DNA of 53,126 nucleotides from Perkinsus olseni (Eukaryota): NCBI GenBank assembly GCA_013115125.1, contig JABANN010000205.1, positions 1 to 53,126 of the forward strand, read 5' to 3'. Shown piece by piece: positions 23,843 to 35,454 of this stretch (position 1 is its first letter; each line of letters starts with the position of its first letter). The notes under the pieces were generated by a model. It saw only the letters and a program-made list of their open reading frames with translations, ran no database searches and was not told where the DNA came from. The position numbers and the translations under genes were made by a program.

Positions 23843-26800
23843 ATGTACGAAAGGTTTGCGAGAGGTGACCACACCTCGACTGCTGCTCACCACGCAAATC
23901 ATCGTCATAAATCCGCAGATGATCACGACAACTCCAGCATACGGGTGAGCGGCACTTGGGTGAGCTCTCGAGGCATCAGCCTGCCTTCGCGGCTCTGCCC
24001 GGTGGGGGCTATAAAGAGGCTTTTTCGTAACCAGCTCTGCGCTCCGGGTGCTAGTTACAGGAATCGCGCTCCGAAACTTTCGTGGAAGTTCGTAGTTATG
24101 AATTGCATCATGCTCGGAACGCGTATGTCCTCTGCGTGAGCGGAATGCTTGATGCATTCCCATAACATTTGGAACCAGTAACGGAGCCTTCATTGAGGCG
24201 TGATGAGCGTTTGGGGTTGCGTGCCTCCGATTTTCTTATATCAAGGCTCGGACGAGCTCCGAATCTTAGGTCGAATTGGAAGCATCACGGAGGAGAGTTG
24301 ACGAGCTTGAACGGGAACTCGGCCAGTTGGTAAGGCGAGGGGAATACCTTTGCCGACTCAGCGCGAATCAATCACCGTTATTGGAAAACGTCTCTTCCGG
24401 TCGACGCAACGAGCATAAACTTTCTCGACCACGATCTGCCACCCTCAACTCGACTCTCGTGATGTTCTAGGACTTCTCCGCTTTTTAGAAGCAGCGTGGT
24501 GACCCGTCCGACCTCAACCGTCGCATACGGCAGTTGGAAGACGAGATAGCTAATTTGGTAGGCGTCAGGGTACGCTGGACTTGCTCGGAAAACGTGTTGA
24601 TCCTCCAAATTTCTTTAAATCTTGGAATTCACCGATACATCTGTAGTGCTTACGATGTAGTTGGGAGGGTCGGCGTATTGTGCAACTTCTTCCTGCGAAG
24701 CAGCTTGTTCTGGTGACCAAGGCCCGAAACAAGACGCCCTCAATAAGTAGCGTTCTTAATGTTAAAAGAATTCACTGTTTCGAGTCATCCGAAACGGAGC
24801 GTACTAAATCGTGCCCTTGCATTCTTTGCTGTCCGTCTTGTGTCTTGGCGGAATGGGATAGCCATTGAGGGTGGGGAAAAAGAAATCAATCAGTATAACG
24901 AATCGTTCTTTCCAGAAGCAATACGGGGATCCAGCGTCTATGAGTCGTCGTATAAAGGAACTGGAGGCGGATCTCAACCGAGAAGTGAGTATCCCGGCCG
25001 TTCAGGAGGAATAATCGCAAACTTTCAAGCACGAAGGGAGGAAGTGCATACACGGAATACTATTATCATAGCATATTCGGGCCTATTAGCAGGGGCGTTG
25101 CTGAAACCGTAAAAGAGCCGCATTAGCTGTGGTACCGCAGTAACACTCATACTCCTCAGAGACAATACGGCGACCCTGCAGGAATGAGTCGTCGGATAGA
25201 GGACCTACAGAGAGAACTATCTCGCATGGTGAGAGCCAGCACCGTTTCGCTTGAGAAACGGTCGAATACGTATCCGCCAATGGGTGCTCCATCCCGACGG
25301 AAATTTCGTACCTTGATAAGATTCGAGTCGAAGCGGTGATATCCCTTGATTGGGAGCGAGCTGCGCGGGGCTCCCGGTTACCCTGACAACTACTACTCCG
25401 TCTGGAGCTCTGGATTTCTTGAGAAGATGCAAGCGATCCGCGCCGTTCAGCATCAGAACTACCTGCGTTTAGATCTGCCCTGTTACAGGAGTCCTTCCTC
25501 CAACAAGACAGATCGTATCAGTGGCAACAGCGCACACGCACCATGTCACAACTTGAGCATGCTGAATTCCTCCAGAGGCCGAGACTAGTTATTCTCACCT
25601 TGTTCTTCTATTCAGAGGGAGCGCGGCGACCCGTCGAAACTCGCGCGACAAGTACGAGATCTGGAGAATAGATTAGCCGATCTGGTAAGCTCCGTGCGCT
25701 TACTGCTTTTACTTACCGCTTTTACTGTGAAAGACGGCTTACCCGCGAGATTGAGGGTTGACTAGGATAGCGGGCTCGCGGCGAGGGAATCCTCGGACCA
25801 GGAGTATCCTACAACCGAGGGCGCGTATTTGAGAAGCTTCTGTCCTGAATTGCATGTGCATACGGTTCTTCAAACATTAACTCCTGAGATAAAATAATAC
25901 CTTCTAAACTCTCTTGCTGCGTGCCGTTTTTCCTTCATCGTACGGGGGTACCGCCGTGAATTTGATCTGGTGAACCTTCAACAGCAAGATGTTACGATTT
26001 ACAGCAGCTAGCTGGTCTTACAACGCTCGTTTGGTGATTTGTGGTGGATCTCAGAGTCAATACGGCGACCCAGCGGACCTGAAGCTTAAGATACGAGAAC
26101 TCGAAGGGAGGGTGAATGACCTTCAAGGAGACCTCGAAAGGATGGTAGACGCGCTTCGCTCACCTGGAATCTCGTCCAAAATTGTGTTTTGCGAAAGCCT
26201 TCCTTCCTTTTTTACGGGGCTGTGTCAGACTGCGGTGACCCTGCTAATCTTGATACATCTATCTGCTGTTCTTTCTTGTTTCAGGGTCGCTACGGCAGCC
26301 CGGAAGATCTGGTCAGGAAGATCAAGAGCCTTGAGCTACAACTGGAAGACTTGGTAAGACAGGGCTTCGGAGGGTTCGGAGGGTTCTGAGACGAGCAGAA
26401 CTAGATGTCTCGCTATTGAGTCGACCACTAGTCACCGAATAGTAATCATGAATGGGCTCGAGTTATCACTTACAAGAACAGTATCAATGAAAGTGAGGAT
26501 TCACACTGGTTCCAAACCAGTGGTTCGTAGGATGTCTTGACTTTCTCTGCTTGTCGTTGAGAGGCACCCTCTCCTATTCGTCGCAAGGATTTTTCTGTGA
26601 AGGGTGTGTGCTCGTCGAGCGGGAGCCAATATCTGGTGCAGAACATGCTTGTGAAATAAACATCCACGTCGGAAGAGCTCGACGCAGCTCCGTTGTGAGC
26701 TTCATGATGGGCATCGTGACTGGTCTGGATTACTGAATATTTTGCACTGCAGCTCTGTGATGATGAGTTTGGAGTCGTTTCGTTCTCGTTGTAGACGGCA

Positions 26801-29800
26801 TCCGAGAAGGAGCAGAAGGCTAGGTTTGAAGCAGAGAAACAACGAGCACTGCAGCAACGGGAAGATGTAGGTCTCGAGCTCGATCCGCAGGTACTCCATT
26901 TCATATCTTCTGTAGGGTGTCGCCGAGTGGGCGAACAAATGTGATGAGCTCACGAGGACCATCAAGATGATAAAGGAGGAGCACGAGAGCGAGCGAGAAA
27001 ATTTAGCCAGGGAAGTAAGTTCCGGCCGGAACTTCGTGGCTTATGTGCGGCAGGACAGACTCTCTATCTCATTGTTGTTGGCAGTTGTCCGCATCAAGGA
27101 CTCGACTCACAGACAAGGAAAGAGAGATTGATCAGCTAGCAGCCACGTGAGGGACAAGGCGAACGAAGCTCGCGTTTGGCAGGATACCCTGTTTCAGTCA
27201 CCGTTCGGAGATGGGCAAACTGAGAGACGCACATAAGAGGCATAGAGCGGAGCAGGAGGAACAGTAAGTTATCTATTTGGCGACCGTCAGGGACGTCCAT
27301 CTGCGATTTTTCCTTGTCTTTTGCAAGGGTTCCATTCGCGTTACGCCAACGGTAGTACCGTGATAAGCAGCGTCACGGTACTTATTATACTCATTATTGG
27401 CACCGGGCGGCGGATAATTCTGTGTGACTTCACGAGTTCGAGTTGGCGGCGGAAATTAGCGCTTGTTTAAATTGCATCTTGCATCTTTGACAGAGCCATC
27501 AAGTATAACCTCACAAAGATGCTTCCGGCATTCTTCGTGCCGTGCTACAATGTGGGGGTTCGCAGCATCTTGTTCGAAACGACCAAGGTCTAGGAATTAA
27601 CTCAGTTCATAACTTGTTCAACGACAGAACTAGAAGTGTGACTTTTCTCTGAGGTTTGTAGCAGTACTATTCGACCTGGTCCTCCGCTATCCGCAGTGAC
27701 GGTGTCTCATAGATTGGATCGAGCCGCGGCCTCGGGCAGGGCCATACTGGAGGCAGAGCTTCGAAAGAAGCAGCAGGAGTGAGCCACTAGGGTCGAACTT
27801 TCTATAGGACCAGCTCTGTTAGGCACGAATCGGCCTTGCGAGATCTCTCCGCATCTCACGCCTCCGATCGGGACAGCTCTCTCATAGAGCTACATGAACA
27901 GTACGCTATCCTGGAACGTGGCGAGTCATCTTTTAAACTCACCTCCAAGATACAAGAAAAAACTGGAAGATTGGCAGAGAGAACAGGAAAATCTCTTGAG
28001 AGCGAAAGAACGCCAGTAGGAAAGTCCACATTTGGTCTACACTCAAGGCTGCGCTCGGGATTAGGCACGATGAGGTCTTGCGGGGTCTGCGCGAAACGCA
28101 TCGTCAGCAGCTCGAGGATGCTCACCGTGAGTGGCAGGATGCGTAAGTGGTTGGAAGTGTGAGCATCTCTGAGACGAACTTATCAGCCATCGGTCCGCAC
28201 TGGATGATCATAAGGAGAATCATCAGAGAGCTACGCAGGCCCATGAAGAGTGAGTATCTCAGTCCGACCCCGTCGTCGATGAGTCGTCGATTCCGGACAT
28301 TCCAGGCATATAAGTCGACTCAAGGAGCGGCTAAGTGAACATCAAGCGATTTTGGAGAGCAAAGACCAAGAGTGAGATAAGACACGATCATACAAAACTA
28401 TGCAAACTATTGGTCCTGCGTGAAGTCATACTCGTTTTTGGAAATCGTATGTCGTATCTTCACGTGAGTCTCACGTGAAGATACCGACCGCTCTCACGTC
28501 GTGAGAGCGGTCGGTTTGTTCTTGTAATGGTCGGTTCCAGGGTAGCTGTGTGCTCTCTTCTGTTTTGTTGGGTATTTTGCTCGCCCTGTAGACACGCTGG
28601 GATCGTCAGTCAACTGCGAGAAACTCACAGGAAAGAGTTGGAAGCCATTAAAGGAGAGTGGCAGCACAGGTGGGTGGAAAATTCCATAAGAATTGTGCAG
28701 ATGTTAATCTCTTAGGCACGACAACATCGTGAAAAAACGAGTGACAGAACACGCGGGAATGCTCGAGTTGAAGGAGAAAGAGTGCGTTACGCTCACACTG
28801 CCTTTCACTATGGTGATCGGTTGTGCAGGCATCAAGACGAGATCCGCCGAAGAGCTAGGGAGCACGAAGAAGCGCTTAAGCGGAAGCAGCTAGAGTAAAC
28901 TCGAACGATTCATGGCTTCGTTTCGTATCTCTCGAACCGTCGACCTCTGATTTTTTACCTATGATCTCAGGTATGAGACAGCGATTTCACGGAGAGAAAA
29001 GTCGGCTGATGACATGAAGGGCGTAGTGGAGAGACTAGAGCAGAAGTAGCTTATCCCTGGAGATAACGAATTGGAAGGGGTGCTTCTGCTCAGCATTCAA
29101 GACTTGAATGGAAAATTGGAGGAGGCTCGGGCGCAGGCTCATGGGCGAACCGGTGCGCTCGAAGCCCAGTGGAGCCGGCACACCCAGGTAGCGCCTCTCC
29201 TCAACTCTCTTGTCGGCCAGGAGGCGCTAGCGTGGTAACAAACTGTGAGTCCTCCCTGTCAGGAGCTCAAGCAAGCGTTTCTACGGAAAGAGCGCGACCT
29301 GACTCGGAAATTTGATGGCCGACTTGCTGAATTGCTTGCGGAATACAAGAGTCTTCATGCAGATCATAACGAGCTGGTAGAGAGTAAGAAGGACGTTGAG
29401 GCGGAGCTCCAGTTTGTAAAGAAAGAGAAATATGAAAGTGAATCGAAACTACAGGCCTTGCGGACGATTACCGAAGGGGAGCTGAAAAAATTGCGGACCG
29501 AGCTGGCTCGAGAAAGGCTGCGATGGACGAAAGAGATCCTCCCGCAGAATTTGGGAGTCATCATGCGAGAAGTAGAGTTCCTTTATGAACAGAACCAAAG
29601 CGATGTAGCTCAAGTAAGAGGTATGCGACGAATCATAGCGTTAGTTGGACGATACTTGGGGCAGCTACTGCCGAAAGGAACGGTCGACTTGAGAATATTC
29701 GTAGATAGCGATGATGTTGATGAAGGAGGTGCCTTATGGCGAGCTTTGCACTGTGGATTCGGCGGGTTGGAGAATATTAAAAACGCAAGCGAAGACAAGC

Positions 29801-30268
29801 AAGCAAGATTAGACAAGATGGAAGAGACGATGGAGTCTATGATACAGTAAGCTTTCGCCTCAATGCTTCATCATTAAGTGTGGATTCGTTTTCAGGCGGT
29901 TGGCATTCGAAGAAGCGCGGTCTGAGCAACTGGAGCGTCTCCTCTCCACAGCAAACTTGAGTCGGCTTCGAATGGGCGAAGATTTTCGCATGCGGGTAGA
30001 CGCGGATAAGTCAATGTTGCGAAGAGCAGAAGAAAAAGATTCCTTGAGGCAAATTCTACTCGATAAACTAGCGCTTACTTTTGGGACGATCGACAGTGGA
30101 TTCCGTCGACTGGATTTTAACGGCAGCGGAAAAGTATGCTTGCATGAGCTGCAGATGTTCTCCGACCGACTAGGGCTCTGCTCTGAAACGCTGAGTGACA
30201 TATTCTTCCGTTTGGATCGGGGCCGCAAGGGCTATCTCACCCGGTCAGATTTGTTAGAAGATTCCTAG
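23843..30268 (+). CDS. Large coiled-coil protein built from repeated exons, with a C-terminal EF-hand pair (more than 20 exons; start uncertain)
   Basis: Phase-compatible GT-AG exons run from 24270 to 30268: six GDP/GSP-repeat exons, ten phase-2 exons, a long exon at 29263-29846 and a last exon with FRRLDFNGSGKVCLHEL and FFRLDRGRKGYLTRSDL. Confidence 0.8.
28454..28515. repeat. Two abutting perfect inverted repeats (15-bp and 16-bp arms, 1-nt spacers) in an intron
   Basis: GTATCTTCACGTGAG-T-CTCACGTGAAGATAC (28454-28484) and ACCGACCGCTCTCACG-T-CGTGAGAGCGGTCGGT (28483-28515). Confidence 0.95.
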
Positions 30269-30426
30269 GGCGTGCAAGATTGCAAGTCCCAATGGAATGC
30301 TTCGAGTCTGAAGAATAGGGCAACAAGGACCCTTCAATGTATCACTTGGTCCTCACTGATGTAAAATGCGATGGATAATTTGATGATTCATTACCACATG
30401 TACAATACGGCCTAAGATGTTCCTGA

Positions 30427-33400
30427 TCACTTTGAGTTGAGTGCGAGGTGCCTTTCGTTGTTTAGTAGTGAGATTGCAGCAGAAGTGATTCCTGATTGAG
30501 CGCTTCGCGCGCTATACCTGCAAAATCCTACAAACGAAGTTCGGAGTCCTACTAACTAGGTACATCTCGCAGTAGGATGAGAGAGTCCCTCGATCACACT
30601 GAGAACACTACGCCAGGTGAATAAAATGATACCAATGTTATGGAGAGGAACGTTCACGGTCGCGGTTCACGGTTGATACTCGTTATCGAGGATTGTAGCC
30701 ATACACAGTCCTTCTCGGGGTGAAACCAAGAGGGCCTTTGGTCTCCCCGGGCAGGCCGAATCGACAGCTAATCGGTCGCTCTGCAAGCATATCTTCAACC
30801 TGGCCTTCTTTGAGCATGCCAACGTCAACCTGAGAATACGTTACATATCTGGGTGCCGGTTGACGGAATCCATTACCCCGTTAATTCGTCTTAGTTCCAT
30901 CCCCGGCCGCACCCCTGCATACAGAGCATCTGATTCCGGGTCGACTTCCGCTACTAAGGGTAGTGCATGAGCGGGGTAACTACTCGAAATGAAGTAACAA
31001 AGTATCATCCTAGGTATGAGGGAGCCTCCGAGATCGATCCTGGGTTCGACGTGTGATAGTACTTCAGTTTGAATCCGAGGCCGAAACTCTCGCAATCCTC
31101 ATCCAAATCGAGTTCCACGAACTGCATGGAAACTGCTGGTTTGGGCATTGTTGTTGCGAATGCTCCCCTGGCGCTGCTGCCCATGGCACCTACACACGAT
31201 GAGTCCCGCGAAACAAATCCGTGTCCCCCGTCATCAGTCGTATTCTCGTTGAATTTTTTTGTCGTGCGAACTCGTCTAACCGTCTAGAACGTAAAAAGGT
31301 CGCCGGCATAGACAAAACCACCGGCAAGTACTCACCGATGGCAGTGGATGGATCTCCCAGCGTCGGGTAATAAAGTTTATTCTCGGCCAAAAGTTGATCT
31401 CGCTGCTCGAAATAACCTTGCCGGTTCTGGTTGAAGAAGTACGGCATTTGCACCTGCCACCGGGCCCGATCATGCACGGTTTTTCTGCCGCCTCTAGCTG
31501 AGATAGTGCAAAGTACACCCCCAACTTACCGCAGCGTTAGTATGATCGCATCGCTTGTCAGCGCACAGGCCGTTCTGCATGCAACAAACTGTGAATTTAG
31601 CATCAGGCCGTAACTTGTCCTTCCACAGATTGGACGTTTGAACCTGATAACTTTCTATCGTGCCTCAAGGTTCGTGATCTCGGGTGCCATTCGAAATTGA
31701 CCCCTCAAGGTTCATTCCACGGCAGCCACCATGTCAAGAAAACTGCGAACGTTCAAATAACTCTCCATGATGATCCTATACACTGGATTAAACCATGGGA
31801 CCCCCTTCACTGAAACCATTTAGTACAATATCCTCCGGCCTATAGATCTCGTTGAGCTCCAACCTCAACCACAAAGGGCGCCGGGATACTCGCATGGGAT
31901 AGTGTCCACAGGACACAGCTGCCTTAATCTGAATAGAGAGGTCAATGTGTTGAGAGCTCCCATTGCGCCGATCCCGCCATATTTCGCTTGATAGCAAGGT
32001 TTAGTTACAGGTTAGTTAGCTCGACAGCCTCTTAAGACGCTCTGTAGCTCCCGGCAAGGTCGTCACATGGTTTGATAACTCCAGTTACTCGGAGCCTCAG
32101 TTGCTCCCGCGAAAATTACTTCCACGTAGATCAGAACTCAGCGCTAAGCTCCATACCTCCAGCCTTACCAATCGGAGCGCCGCCTGCTGGGTCAGTCGAT
32201 TATGCGATATTTGCAAGGCTGTCATCGGGAATGCTGCTGGTTGGTTATACAAATACCTGAAGATGGTAATATACACGAGTCGTTCAGAACGACACGCTGG
32301 GAGCGGATACACATCGGTGCGAGTCGGATACAACTTAGGCCACTTTTTATTGCACATTTGGAATGAATTCCAGGCGGAGGGAGGAGTTCGCTTTATAGCA
32401 TAGGAATGGGGGTTGATACTCAGACGTGCCAAAGGAAAGGCAGAACAAAGAACCATGGTGGCAATGGACGGAAATCGATAGACAAGGGACTTCTAAACCA
32501 ATCCGATCTCGAAGTTCGGGCCCCCCAATTCTCGCCGCCGGGATAATTCGATCAATAGCTACGTAAGTCGTGGTTGAATAAATTCAATCCATTCGAGTAT
32601 GTCGCGTAGTGCCACTCCCAAGGTTTGAATACTACTCAACGAAAGTATCCACCACCTCATCGGTGAGGACGTTCCTGTAGGCGCGCATCACTGTACATGG
32701 AACCTGAGGACGGAAATGTCGTCCCTGAACTGAGGCATAAGTGCACAGGAGGCGACGAAACCCTCCAGGGAAAGCGAAAGCCCTCCACCCGACAGCTGAG
32801 ACGCCTGTCCTGGCCGTAGCACCTCATGGGCTCGGAGAGTGTTCAACAACATCTCGATACCCCTCGCTCCAACCCTATTGTCGCTGAGATCGACCGTAGC
32901 TCCCGTGCGCTTTACGTATTTGTAGTTCCCAAGTACAACCTGAAAGGGGGTGAGCGAGGCCATATCGTCCGCCCATGCGATCACTCAAATTAGCACCAAC
33001 CGTTGCGTGAGAGAACTAGTTCGCTCTGTGATTGGCGTTTGAACGCTGGGGAAAATGCCACGGATATTACCGGCAACTTTCTCTGATCGAGCCACTCGCA
33101 GAAAGAACACAATGCGGTGTCGTCCACCGGCGGGGTTCGACGGCTTAGGTCGACGAATAGTTGCCCTTCGCGAACCTGAGTGTTGAAAATTGACGACCCC
33201 GATTTTTATCAGCTCGCGAGATCGACGCAATTTTTCGGTGCGGCGATAAGCTGCTGCCATAGACGAATTCACCACGCACGAGTCATTCAACAGAACCACT
33301 CTATTGTTCTAATACGGCCGAGCCAATTTTTCGGGCCAGCGACGAGACTCCGTATGACATTAAGTGAACCCCGTGCCGGCGAAAAAATCCTCTTCCCTTA

Positions 33401-33657
33401 CTACCCTCACACAGTCGTCATCCCAATGAGCTCCACAGCCGCCGACAGTGACATTAGGCAAGTTGGACTCTACATTATTCGCCTGACAATTATATACTAC
33501 TTCCAAACACGATAATCAACTCAAAGATATCTAGCAACATTACTCGATAGAACGCCATGGCAGCCTCGTCATCCTCGTCCATCTCTTCGTCATCAGGTTC
33601 AGGACCATCGATTATTTCCAGTGGAGTGTCGACATTAGTGACCATTTGGGCCGGCAT
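30427..33657 (-). CDS. RNI-like leucine-rich-repeat protein with a Cys-rich segment and a C-terminal PDZ-like domain; ends approximate
   Basis: Exons read VDLSRRTPPVDDTALCSFCEWLD, VDLSDNRVGARGIEMLLNTL, MRAYRNVLTDE, LQISHNRLTQQAALRL, RPLWLRLELNEI and CCMQNGLCADKRCDH. The PDZ-like part reads VAEVDPESDALYAGVRPGMELRRING|VDV..LAERPISCRF. Confidence 0.7.
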
Positions 33658-34119
33658 GAGGTGTGGAAATTCTAAACAGACATAATCGCGTGCCACCCGC
33701 GCACGCCAACACGATCGATTTTCGTTGTTGGTCGCGAAGTCACGGCGAGAGAAGGTTGAATCTCGGCCTTCTGGACGTTGCTGCGGGGCGTTCAAGAAGC
33801 ATCGGCGAAGAATGCTGGGTGGTTTCGCTTATGTTCTCACATTTTGAGACATCTTGTGGCTTATGCTTCGGATTTTCTATGAAATTGAGATATTCCACGC
33901 AGTTCTGCCTGATGCCATAGTTAAATTACGTAGGACTGATCTCCAAAGTCCGTTCAAAAAGCCAGATGTTAGTTGCCATCTATTCTTGAAGTAATGAAGT
34001 TGGCCTACGGCTGCCTAACCAGCGCATTTCTCCTCTGTTAGGATCCAGGACCCGGCGGGGTGGTTCGAACTGCGCTCACATCTTGCTCCCGGTCGTTCGA
34101 ACGCGACTGCGCACTTCCG

Positions 34120-35396
34120 ACTATGGTGAGATCAGGGATTGGTGTGGGACTTGGTGATCAGGAAAGATGTTCTCTTTAAGTGGGAGTTCGAGCCCGTCGC
34201 TACTGGTTATGCCGAACTCAACCCGGGAATGGTGAATAACTGAGACTATCCAGTGAAGATTGACCAGTCTGGGTCGAACAGTCATCAATTGAGCACACGT
34301 TTAAAGTAATTCAACCATCCATCACCTCCCAGGTGGTCGTCGTCAATCAGCTTGCTTTCATGGTCCTGAGATTGGTAGCACCGAGCCAATTCATGATGCT
34401 GGCTGATGATTAGCCGCAGGAGGAACGGAGAATGAACATATAGAGGGCAATTGCGGCAAGGACAGATCAAGTTGGTTGAGTAGGACTCACCTCGAGTATC
34501 TTCTTTTCAATTTTCTCGTTCAATGCCTGAGTTGACTTCGCAACGGGTACCCCGCAGTCGGAGCAAAAATGTGCAATCACTGGAGGCAGGCATCCAGTGC
34601 TCCGCGTGTCCAAGAGTAGGACAGACTTCGGCCTCGCCGCGAGTGCGAAACCCAAACTTGCCTGGAGAGAGAACCGTGGAAGAGGCTGACTCTCCGCCCT
34701 GGTGCGCGTGAACCGGAGACAGCTTTTCACATTATGGTAACAGCCAAAAATACTAGTGCGACTCTGTGTCTGGGCGAGAAGTATCGGCAATTCAAAGCAG
34801 CTCTTCATATCAATAGTCATCCCTTAAGGTAGAGTTGGAAGACCTACCTGGCAGCGACTATCTTCGACGTCGAATACGCTGATATCGGAGCGCTCTAATG
34901 CATCGATCGTCCAGCTTCCGACCTGACTGTGTGCCATCCCGCACCAGAAGGCAAGCACGTCGTACCTTCTCTGGCTCAGCTACATACGGCTGATCGTCTT
35001 CCGCATTGAGCATAACTATCTGATTCATGGAATGGAGCAGTGGTTCCGGTCACTACCGCTCTCACCAGCTCGTGCTGCGGGTACCTCTTCTTCAGCGACA
35101 ATCCTGTTTGGACCAGCGCCTCTCGAATGTGGATGCAAGTGCTCGGTTTCACTGAATTGACAACGGAGAATATAATTACTTTGATGACCAACACAATGGT
35201 AGGCGAGACACAACTCGAGGCATGAGACTAAGGGCGCGTCGCACCGCTGATGTATATCGTGGTCCTTCGTGGGTTCTCCGCACTGAATGGAACGATTTCT
35301 GGATACATCACGACCTGAAGCAAGTTTTTTATACTCTCCGATAGCTTCATCAGAGAAATTGGAGATAATGCCACAGAAAAAAGAGTTAACTGCCAT
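34120..35396 (-). CDS. Hypothetical multi-exon protein; weak resemblance to spermidine-synthase-like methyltransferases
   Basis: Exon-like pieces MAVNSFFCGIISNFSDEAIGEYKKLA, IDMKSCFELPILLAQTQ and ASLGFALAARPKSVLLLDT. The Gly-rich SAM-binding loop is absent. The 3' end is approximate. Confidence 0.35.
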
Positions 35397-35454
35397 CACG
35401 GGATTGCAGATGATGCGTTTGTTGAGGACAGTCCCAAGCAGCAGGAGACCGGCC

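Noticed and set aside
24489-26353. Regularly spaced similar units (TACGGCGACCC...) separated by unique sequence, superficially CRISPR-like
   Set aside because: The units are diverged at synonymous positions, bounded by splice sites, and separated by 140-390-nt spacers. They are exons, and there are no cas genes.
34035-34200. GTTCGAA-containing GC-rich stretch resembling a tRNA T-loop
   Set aside because: No cloverleaf with acceptor and anticodon stems could be folded.
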